A stretch of 64,000 nt of DNA from Scyliorhinus canicula (lineage: Eukaryota). Both the position numbers and the translations under genes were made by a program. Shown here one piece after another: positions 38,657 through 48,508 of this stretch (position 1 is its first letter; every line of letters starts with the position of its first letter). The notes under the pieces were generated by a model. It did no database searches. It worked only from the letters and a program-made list of their open reading frames with translations, and had not been told where the DNA came from. The stretch covers positions 98,153,121-98,217,120 of the forward strand of contig NC_052149.1 of the NCBI RefSeq assembly GCF_902713615.1. Direction: 5' to 3'.

Positions 38657-40599
38657 CTCCTATAATATGCCCAATGAAGGAAGCTTTTGACAAGATTTAG
38701 GGTGCGATTTAATGGAAAAGGTTCTTAGTCTCATATCAGGCACGAATTCCTGGATCTTTCTCGATGGCCATATCAGTGAGGTCGCGACCGTATTAATGGC
38801 ACTTAGTGCAAAAAATTATTCCCACAAGGTTCAAGCCAGTATTGGCTCTTCCGCCAGCCTGATTCACTCACCACGCACATGGCAGTTCCTTGCTTTTAAA
38901 TCTCCCTCCGAACTCACTCCCAGTCAGCACATGAGCATGGCACCATGCAGACCTGCTCCAAGCTTTGGGGTTGCAAACCTTTCCATGCTGCTGGTGCTGT
39001 GGAGGAGAGCTGGAACATCTTATTCCTCCGAGCTGGTTGGAGGACCAGCAGCATAGCACCCAATGCCATCTGGGAGACAGTGCAACAGTCGTCAGTTTGC
39101 ACAACATGACCAGGAGGACCGCCATACAGTGCAAGAAGACCAACGATCTCTACTGGGCCGCAAGGGTAAGTTAACACCAGCCCCTGGCATCAGTGCCAAC
39201 TGCCACTTCTCCTGACCCTCGCCCCCCCCAACCACCCCACCACCACCAACAGGTCAGCAGTTGGCATCTCACATTCACCCAGATCCGATCTCTGCACTTT
39301 TGCCCCAGCACACCCTGGCACCCTCAGCACAACTCCTCCATGTTGAGATGCGATGCCTACACATACCACCTGCCATAGGCCCCATTGATTCACCAATGCC
39401 CCCTCTCTGTCCCCACAGGAGGTTAGCCCATAATAGGCATGGAAGGATCCAGATGGGCGGCGGAGTTCAAGACATCAGAGGCCAAACTCCCTATGAGGAA
39501 TGGGCTCTGGAGATCACAGAATTGGCCGAGGAGGGAGCAGTCACTGACAGCAAGGTTGGCCTGTGCTGCAGAGGTGAGGATCCATTGCCCCTTCACCCAA
39601 ATAACCTGCCTCAAGTGAATTGTTCATGTCATACAAAATGACCCTTCCCTCCCACTGACCACATGTGCCTTCTCTTGCAGGATCTCCACCTGATGAGGCT
39701 GGGCAGGGGTCCGTCCACCCGCTACCCAAGAGAACACCTTAGAGTACAGCTCCAAGGAAACCACCATCAAGGCATAACAGCTGTCATCCCCACCTTCCAC
39801 CAGCGCAGGGATACACACCTCAGTGGACGACACCAGTGGAAAGGCTTCTGTGGCACAAACTGGTGAGCACCCGACAGATGCTGATGCACATCAGGTGGAG
39901 GCGGGAACATCCAAGGGAGTCAGCAGTCGCAGGTTTGCTGGATCTCGGGACTCAGCTGAGTCTCATTCAGATGTCGAGCATCCGGGCAAGGTTATCTCGC
40001 AGCTGATGTAGATGCTTGGGCATGGCCATGAGTTTCAGGAGGGAATGTCAGCGACACTCTGGTGAGTGCATAGCCGATTGGAGGAGTCCCAAAGGTTACT
40101 GGCGCAAGAGATGGGGCTGGCAATGTATGGCACTGAGGCCAGCACTGCTAGACATAACAGGGTGGCACAGCGATGCCAGTGACACCAATAGGTTGTCCAG
40201 GGCCCTCTGGCTCTGGGCCCTTCAGAGGACATCAGTCAAAGGCATCAAAGGCCACATGGCGTGAGAATCAGCAGGCTGCCCCACCTCTGATGTGCATCCT
40301 GGGGACACATCTAGACCTAGCGACAGAGCACAGAAGATTAAGAAGATTGAGGACTACTGAGTGGGTACTGGAGGGCATCGAGGGGGAGGCTAGGGAGAGT
40401 GGAGGTTTCAAATGTTCACCATTAAACATCTAACACCTGATACATGTGAAGCCTTTGTCATGTTATTCTGCACAGTGGGCCTGCACCCCCCCCCTCCCCC
40501 CACTCCCTGTTGTCCTCCACTCCCTTCACCCCCTGTCACCCCAGACATAGTTGTCCGAGATCCAGTTCAGTGGATGGGTGTGAGTGCACTGTCAACAGA

Positions 40600-40679
40600 A
40601 AGACGGGAGTCAGACTTTGGCATAAATGGAGGAGTACCAAAGCTAACCACACAGCGAGTTATCATCACTCTCCTGCCTT
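40600..40679 (-). ncRNA. Box C/D (K-turn) snoRNA-like motif in Harbinger copy B
   Basis: AAGGCAGGAG A GTGATGA [48 nt] CTGA CTCCCGTCTT; canonical boxes and a 10-bp stem with one mismatch and one G-U pair, in K-turn register. Confidence 0.6.
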
Positions 40680-40931
40680 GGTTATGGACCCCCTGAAGTG
40701 CGGACACAGCCGCATTACCCTGGGGTTATGCTACACTGACCCTGGGAAGGTGGAACAGAGTAGTTGGGGAAGGTTGGGGGTTTATGGGAGGGTGGGGGAA
40801 TGGGGGGAGAGAGGATATGGGTGGGAAGGAGGGAAATGGGGTGGTGGGGTCAATGGGGGGGAGGGGGTCAATAGGCAAAGTTGAGGGGGTGAGTGGGGGG
40901 AAGGATGTGAGTTGATCGACAAAAATTTGCC

Positions 40932-41580
40932 CTATGAGAAGCAGGCAAGGATGAAGGCCTCCCGAGACCAAAGGGCATGCCGGACTATACCACTGCCTGT
41001 CCTCCATCTTCCGGTTGCCCCCACAGGTCCTCCCTGGACACGTCCTACAGCCCTCCTGGTACCAGCCCCTCAGCATCCTCCTCAGACAAGGCCGCATGTC
41101 CCTCCTCCTCTTTGAGCATGTCACCCCGCTGCTGTGCCAGGTCCTGGAGGGCACAGCAGACCGACACAAAGCAGGAGATCTTCTGGGGGGGGGGGTGTAA
41201 TGCAGTGCTCCACCAGAGCGGTTGAAGCAACGCAATTGCATTTTGAGCAATCTGATGCACCGTCCAATGACAGCACGGATGGCAGCATGGGCCACGTTAT
41301 ATCGCCTCGGTCTCCGGCCTCTGCAACTGCCGTCATCTGCCAGGACCTCAGCGAGTATCCCATATCCCAAGAGCCAAACCGTGTCCCCCTTTGGGTTCGT
41401 CCTCGGCCTGATGGGAGACCGGATGGCAGGGTGTGTGGCAACCCCATGCACATGGGGTGCTGCCTCCAGCCAGCGTCGACTCTGCTGCTGCCTTCTCCAG
41501 CATCTGGCCACCTGGGCTGCCACCAGCACCGCGAGGGCTGCTGCTGCGGGGTCAACAACACCATCCATTGTATCTGTATG
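40932..41580 (-). pseudogene. HARBI1-like transposase remnant (copy B), internally deleted
   Basis: MDGVVDPAAAALAVLVAA N-terminus; YNVAHAAIRAVIGRCIRLLKMQLRCFNRSGGALHY; ends REAFILACFS*. Confidence 0.75.
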
Positions 41581-42450
41581 GAATTGGAGAAGGAGCGAGG
41601 CCCACAAACAGTTAATGCTTCCACCCCGGGACCCTCAAATCCCCCCAGCCCCTTACGTCTGCCACCTTCTCTCAGAGTGACATCCACCAATCCAGTTGTG
41701 CTGGAGAACCCCGCTTTGCACACTCACCCATGCCTACAGCAGGAGCACCGAGACCCCAGATCCCTGCCGAGAACATCAGGGAGACCATGCTCAGGTACCC
41801 TCCCTGATTCACACACATCCTTTGGTCACGAGGATATCCCGAGTGCTGAAGCCCACCTTTTGAGTATCTGACTGTGAGCTGCTGCCTCTATCTTGCTGAC
41901 ACATCTAGGCTTCATGGAAAGTGTCCAGATCTCACCGTTTGATTGGAATGCTTTGCAATAAAACTTGTCTGAGACATGTACGTATACCCATGAGAATGCA
42001 CTTGGGAATATTTGGTTTAGTAAACTGTCAATAGTAACAAAGAATTGAAAATAAACTATGTAACATTCCACATATCACACTAACTATTAAACAACAAGGA
42101 AACATCACTGCTCCATATTGGTACCAATACAAAGCTATAACAGATCAGTTTCACAGAAAAAAACCAAATACCCAGTATCACATTCCATAGGTTCCTGTCG
42201 TAGAAATGGGGCGCGATTCTCCGCTCCCGCGCGGCATAGGGAAGGCCGTCGTGAACTCGGCCGAGTTTCACGACGGCTCGAAACGACCCTGTTCATGAGC
42301 AATTCAGGCCCTGGAAATGGGCTAGGAGCGGGGCCGCGGGAACCACGTGGGGGATGACGTCAGAAACCAGCGACGCCCGAATGACGACAGAATGACGGCG
42401 CTCCGCGTCGTAAAAAGGCGCGAGCGACGAGAACAAGTGAGGGGGAGAAG

Positions 42451-44829
42451 ATGACGGAGCCACGGAGGGCCGCCCCGAGGTTCAGTGAGACTGACCTCGA
42501 GACCCTCCTCGATGAGGTGGAGCAACGGAGGGGCATCATCTGCCCTAGCAAAGGGCATTGCCACCCTGCCAGCGTTGTGCGACGGGCCTGGCACGAGGTG
42601 GGCATGGCAGTGAGTGCTGTGGGGCAGACCCCTCGGTCTGGGGAGCAGTACCGGAAGAAGCTCCACGACCTCACCAGGGCTACCAGGGTAAGTGCCAAGA
42701 GGGTGCCCCCGGGTCACAACAATTCCCCCCCCCCGTGTCCCTCATCACCCACCTCCCCCCCCCCCCCCCGGGCACGAGGGGGAGGGGGGCGAGAGTGAGT
42801 GGAGAGTGGCTAACCAAGTTGTCACAGGCCCACATGAGCGCTGCGACCCTCTGGAGAGATGCCATGGTTTAGCTGCAACTTTCCCCCCAACCTGTGCCAA
42901 TATCTGAACGCCCTGATGATACCTGCCGAATTGTCATGATCTATCTATGCCCCCCCCAACAGGACAAGACTGCTCACAACAACCGGGAGCGCAACAGGAC
43001 TGGAGGGGGTTCACTCATTATGCACTCCCTGACCGTGTTTGAGCAGAGGGCACTGGACCTTGCTGAGGGATCTGCCACCCGGGAGTTCGCGCTATGCGAG
43101 GTTGGCGGTGCAGAACCAAGTGAGACAACCCTGCATGACAACCCCCCCCCCCCCCCCCCCCCCAGCCCTTCCTCTGTGCCCTCACACTCTGCCCACTGGA
43201 CCATCCATCCTCTCTCACCTCACACTCTGCCCACTGGACCATCCATCCTCTCTCCCCTCACACTCTGCTCACTGGACCATCCATCCTCTCTCCCCTCACA
43301 CTCAGCCCACTGGACCCCCCATCCTCTCTCCCCTCACACTCTGCCCACTGGACCATCTAACGACCGGCCGAGCGTGTCTAAATAACCACGTCTTATTCTG
43401 TTCCCTATGGCGTGCTGCCGAATATCCAGGGCCGTCTGCTGCCACACCCAGCTGAACATCCGCCGCCACCACCGCACCCAGGGCCGCACTCCAGAGGGTG
43501 GCAGGAGGTCAGCAAGGGGTGCCATCCTCCCAACCCGGGACTGTCGAGCAGGACGCACTCATGACAGCGACACAGTCAGCAGACTCACATGAGGGAGAAG
43601 CAGACATGGGCCGCGTGCGCCCTGCGGCCGGATATGAATGGGAGAATGACACTGCAGAGATTATGACGGACGAGGACCTTGAGATTGCGGCACTGCTATT
43701 TCCCACACCATCCACCATCCCAGAGACACTCACCTCGGTTGGGCAATTAAGTGATGAGGCTCCTGGGTCACAGTCTGGTGTGCACCACACAGCTGAGCCG
43801 GTACAGCAGGTGGAGGTCGGAGCAGCCGAGGGCCCGGACTGTCAGAGGGCAGCCCAGGCCCAGCATTCAGCTGGCTCCCAGACGTTTCCCGGGTTCCTGG
43901 ATTTACTTGACCCACCCGCAGAGCCGATGCATTTTGAAACCCAGGGACACAATGACGGGATGAGGGCCGTCTTCCAGCAGCTGCAGACGCAGTTAGAGGA
44001 GTCGAACCGCGTCCAGGAGCAGGGAGTGGTGCCGCTCATGGCAGCCACCCAGGCTGACACCGCACGGGTGGCGTCCGCGGTCGAGGCAATGGGTGAAACG
44101 GTTTCAGCCATGGGTCAGGTTCTGCAAGGAGTTGGACTTAATGTGCACGCGTCATCCCTGGCCCTGGAGAGGGCTGCCCTCTCACAGGCAGCAATGCGCC
44201 AGAGCCAGCATGACATTGCCGGCCCGCTACGGGCCCTGGCCGAGTCTCAGCAGGTCATGGCCCAGTCCCAGCAGTCAGTCGCCGAGAGCATCAACCGCAT
44301 GACGCACGTATGGATGGCGTCGTGCACTCACAGGTTGAGGTTGCACAGTCTCTGGTGGGAATGTTTCACTCCCTGGACTCCGTCTCTGCGAATGTTCGGA
44401 CCCTGGTCGATACCGTTGCAGGCCTCCAGGGCTGGAAGAGCCAGGTGTCGGTGGGGGCGAAGGGACCCGCTCGCACCTCCGTCCCACAGTGAGGCCCGGG
44501 GGCCACCGGGCTCCCCGAGGGAGGAGGAGGTTCTGGGACCCGTCCCATTAACTCCATCACGGGACGTCCCTGAACGCTTAGCCTCCCACCGTCCCATCCC
44601 TGGTGCATCGGGTGGGCAGCAGGCAGAGCAGGGTGGCACCGCGTCATCCGAAACGCCCGCGGAGCAGCCTGGCCCATCAAGGCCAGGTCGCCCCAGGAAA
44701 CGAGTGCCGACGGGGAGACATGTCGCAGGGGGTGATTCTCAGCAGTCCGCCTCCACTCCTCCTGCATCATCTGGGGATTCACTTAGACGGAGTGGTAGGG
44801 CCCGTAAGGCAACGAAGAGGGACACATAG
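42451..44829 (+). pseudogene. Harbinger Myb/SANT-like (trihelix) partner gene, 3 exons (42451-42687, 42963-43119, ~43409 or 43430-44829), ~600 aa with coiled coil and AT-hook; one in-frame TGA
   Basis: PRFSETDLETLLDEVEQRR...AWHEVG...RSGEQYRKKLHDL, donor AGG|gtaagt, acceptor cccaacag|DKTAHNNRERNRTGGG, phase-1 donor A|gtgaga. TGA at 43453-43455. RPGRPRKR at 44680-44703. ATTAAA at 44897-44902. Confidence 0.85.
43179..43357. repeat. 38-bp minisatellite (~4.7 copies) in Myb intron 2
   Basis: Unit ctcacactctgcccactggaccatccatcctctctccc starting at 43181, 43219, 43257, 43295 and 43333. Confidence 0.95.
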
Positions 44830-45119
44830 TAAGTTGGCACGGGTGAAGGGCACAGATTAGTTGTAGGGGCTAGGGCATCTGTACATAATGTTAACCATTA
44901 AACTCACTGTTGCACGTAACTTGTAAGACCGTGTGATTTCTCCGTTGCCACAGGAATCGTAAGGGTGACCGAGTGTCGCTGGGGTTGACGAGCGGTGAAA
45001 CTTCAGTGCCGGGTGTGCAGTCCCTTCCCCCCCACCCCCTCCCACAGCTACCACACGCGGGCACGTGGTGGAGTGTCCCTGACGAACTCAGCGACCACCG
45101 AGATGGATGGTTCAGCTAT

Positions 45120-45197
45120 TGCCATGAGTCAGACTTTGTCTAACGATTCTGAGCTCACAGCTCATCGCAGAGCGGGCTGTCATCATTCAACATGGCA
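45120..45197 (-). ncRNA. Box C/D (K-turn) snoRNA-like motif in Harbinger copy A
   Basis: TGCCATG TTGA ATGATGA [47 nt with GAGCT-gtg-AGCTC hairpin] CTGA CT CATGGCA. Box C at 45180-45186, box D at 45129-45132, perfect 7-bp terminal stem. Confidence 0.65.
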
Positions 45198-45222
45198 CTG
45201 ATCACACCCGCTGACACAGCCA

Positions 45223-46677
45223 TCAATGTTGTGCCATACCGTCTGGACCCAGTGATAAGGGTGATTTGGCACTGGAGCAGTGTCCGCAGAGCAGGGGGGG
45301 GGGGGGGGAGTTGTGTGCTGACCGTCTGCACGACTGGCGATGCAGGTGGTAGGTGGACCGTCGCACGCGGCGCGTGATTCTTGCTGCCATCAACGCGTCG
45401 CGTGCCCGCTGTCCTCGCGGGTACTGTCGTGCCGCCTCCTGGACATTACCAGCACCCGGGTCGTGTCTGCGTGCTGCGCCTGGCACACCTCCTCCAACCT
45501 CCTCCTCCACCTCCTCCTCCTCCTCCGTGTTGGCACCACTGCCACTTGCTTCTCCCTTCGACTCCTGCAGTAGGTCATCTCCCCTCTGCATTGCGATGTT
45601 GTGCAGCGCACAGCAGACCACTACAATGCGAGCGACCCTGTCGGGCTGGTACTGGAGGGCCCCTCCGGAGCGGTCCAGGCACCTGAATCGCATTTTCAGG
45701 AGACCAAAGCAGCGCTCCACCACACCCCAGGTTGCTGCATGGGCCTCATTGTAAAGTGTCTCCGCGTTGGTCTGAGGCCTCCGTAGGGGTGTCATCAGCC
45801 AAGACCTCAATGGATAACCCCTGTCACCCAGCAACCAGCGCCTCAGCCGGGGGGTCCGTCCCTGAAACGGAGCAGGGATGAACGACTGCGCAAGAATGTA
45901 CGCATCATGCACACTGCCAGGGAACCTAGCGCACGCGTGCATGATCTTCGTGTGGGGGTCGCATACCACCTGGATATTCATGGCTTATGTCCCCCTCCTG
46001 TTTGTGAACACTTCCCTGTTGCCTGCAGGCGGGCGCATGGGGATGTGAACACAATCAATGACCCCCTGGACCATCGGTATCCCGGCCACATTGGCATATG
46101 CACGGGCTCGTGCTTCTTGATTTGCTCGGTCCTCGGGAAAGGTAATGTAGCGATCGGCGATGGCATAGAGGGCGTCGGTCACATCCCGGATGCACCTGTG
46201 CACCAATGCCTGCGAGGTCCCGGAGAGGTCCCTGCTCGGAGACTGGAAGGAGCCAGTCGCATAAAAGTTAAGTGCCACCGTCACCTTGACGGCAACCGGG
46301 ATCGCGTGTCCTCCTCCCGTTCCACGTGGGGCGAGGTGCGCCACGAGGTGACAGATATGTGTCACCGTCTCTCTGCTCAACCGGAGTCTCCTCCTGCAGG
46401 TGATGTCCGGCATTGTCTGGAATGAGATCCGGGCACGGAAAACCCTAGGCCTCGGTCATCGCCTCTGGTGCCTTGGCTCCACCATCAATGTCTCCTCCTC
46501 CTCCTCCTCCTCACCCCAATGCTGCTCAATGACGGGCCACTCCGCGGCCATTCCCCCTGCTACCGCAGCTGGCCCTGCATCCATTGTGGGATGTCGCTGT
46601 GGACGCTGCTGGATCTCCAACTGCAGTGCAGCGGCCCCAACCACTGCGCTGAACATAGCCGTTCTGTTCGCATACAT
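45223..46677 (-). pseudogene. HARBI1-like DDE transposase, single frame with two nonsense codons
   Basis: ORFs 46677-46456, 46413-45985 and 45981-45223 are all in one frame, with stops TGA (46456-46458) and TAA (45985-45987). Catalytic motifs GVIDCVH, LLGDRGYP and VVERCFGLLKMRFRCL. Upstream ctaac...ctgtaag suggests a 5' UTR intron acceptor. Confidence 0.92.
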
Positions 46678-46989
46678 TCTGATAACTTACAGAAGGGTGG
46701 TGGGGGGCAGAGAAACGACATGTTAGATGGAGGTTATTCGACACCTCAGCAGCCGCCTGCCACGGGATACCTGTGTGTCCCGGTGGCTTGGTCGCGCTGC
46801 TGATACGCGGCCAGCCTAACCCCTGGTTACTTTCTGCGTCCAACAGGCAGTTAACAACGTTCTCCTCACTGGTGCGTCAGTGGGCTGTGGCTGTAAGCCA
46901 CAGGGCAACCAGCGGCCGTGTCCTCGTCAACGTCCTGCCATGGCAGGGCGGCTGACATGTTGCATCCGGGGGTGGACGACCCACTCCAC

Positions 46990-48508
46990 TCACTCCTTCT
47001 CTCCCTCCCCTCCACTACTCCCTCTCTCCCTCCCCCCCTCCCACTACTCCCTATCCCCCTCCCACTACTCCCTCTACCCCCTCCCACTACTCCCCCTCCC
47101 CCCTCCCACTACTCCCTCTCCCCCCTCCCACTTCTCCCTCTCTCTCCCCCTCCCACTTCTCCCTCCCCCCTCCCACTACTCCCTCCCTTCCCCCCTCCCA
47201 CTACTCCCTCCCTCTCCCACCTCCCACTTCTCCCTCCCTCTCCCCCTCCCACTTCTCCTCCCTCTCCCCCTCCCACTACTCCCTCTCCCCCCCTCCTACT
47301 ACTCCCTCTCCCCCTCCCACTACTCCCTCTCCTCCCCTCCCACTACTCCCTCTCCCCCCTCCCACTACTCCCTCTCCCCCCTCCCACTACTCCCTCTCCC
47401 CCTCCCACTTCTCCCTCCCTCTCCCCCTCCCACTTCTCCCTCCCCCCTCCCACTACTCCCTCCTTCCCCCCTCCCACTACTCCCTCCCTCTCCCACCTCC
47501 CACTTCTCCCTCCCTCTCCCCCTCCCACTTCTCCCTCCCTTTCCCCCTCCCACTACTCCCTCTCCCCCCTCCCACTACTCCCGCTCCCCCTCCCACTACT
47601 CCCTCTCTCCCTCCCACGTCTCCCCCCTCCCACTTCTCCCTCCCTCTCCCCCTCCCACTTCTCCCTCCCCTTTCCCCCTCCCACTTATCCCTCCTCTCCC
47701 CCTCCCACTTCTCCCCCTTCCCACTTCCCCCCCCTCTCCCCCCCACTTCTCCTTCCCTCTCCTCCATCCCACTTCTCCCCCCTCTCCCCCCCTCCCACTT
47801 CTCCCTCCCTCTCCCCCCTCCCACTTCTCCCTCCTTCTCCCCCTCCCACGTCTCCCCCCTCCCACTTCTCCCTCCCTCTCCCCCCCACTTCTCTCTCCCT
47901 CCCCCCCACTTCTCCCTCCCACTCCCCCCCTCCCACTTCTCTCTCCCTCTCCCCCTCCCACTTCTCCCTCCCTCTCCCCCTCCCACCTCTCCCCCCTCCC
48001 ACTTCTCCTCCCTCTCCCCCCTCCCACTTCTCCCTCCCTCTCCCCCTCCCACTTCTCCCCCTCCCACTTCTCTCTCCCTCTCCCCCCCACTTCTCCCTCC
48101 CTCTCCCCCCACTTCTCCCTCCCTCTCCCCCCCCACTTCTCCCTCCCTCTCCCCCCTCCCACTTCTCCCTCCCTCTCCCCCTCCCACTTCTCCCTCCCTC
48201 TCCCCCCTCCCACTTCTCCCCCCTCCCACTTCTCCCTCCCTCTCCCCCCACTTCTCCCTCCCTCCCCCTCCCACTTCTCCCCCCTCCCACTTCTCCCTCC
48301 CTCTCCCTCTCCCTCCCACTTCTCCCTCCCTCTCCCCCCTCCCACTTCTCCCTCCCTCTCCCCCCCCCCACTTCTCCCTCCCTCTCCCCTCCTCCCACTT
48401 CTCCCTCCCTCTCCCCCCTCCTACTTCTCCCTCCCTCTCCCCCCTCCCACTTCTCCCTCCCTCTCTCCCCCTTCCACTTCTCCCTCCCTCTCCCCCCTCC
48501 CACTTCTC
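46990..48508. repeat. ~1.5-kb polypyrimidine/polypurine minisatellite (variants of CCCACTTCTCCCTCCCTCTCCCCCT)
   Basis: Almost G-free plus strand with recurring CCCACT(A/T)CTCCC units, inside Harbinger copy A upstream of the transposase. Confidence 0.95.

Larger units (their letters stand above)
38700..41830. mobile_element. Degenerate Harbinger element (copy B)
   Basis: Left TIR-like GGGTGCGATTT. Myb gene remnants with the same intron positions as copy A (38937-39165, 39419-39573, 39681-~40360). ATTAAA at 40421. Deleted transposase on the minus strand. Confidence 0.8.

Noticed and set aside
43179-43357. CRISPR-like or tandem guide-RNA array
   Set aside because: Head-to-tail 38-bp units without unique spacers in a eukaryotic intron. 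The C/D motif is single per element, not arrayed.
45146-45168. Second internal K-turn (GCGATGA...CAGA) in copy A's C/D module
   Set aside because: Not preserved in copies B and C; only a weak central hairpin is shared.
45120-46458. SECIS/selenocysteine recoding: in-frame TGA at 46456-46458 plus an AUGA...GA motif in the 3' region
   Set aside because: The motif lacks the ~12-bp helix II and apical AAR of a SECIS and fits box C/D better. The TGA lies in an Arg run (CGA decay), and a TAA also interrupts the frame.
42451-46677. Domesticated host genes HARBI1 / NAIF1 / MSANTD
   Set aside because: The genes are flanked by TIRs and a TSD, carry nonsense codons, and have multiple paralogous remnants nearby, so they belong to a transposon.
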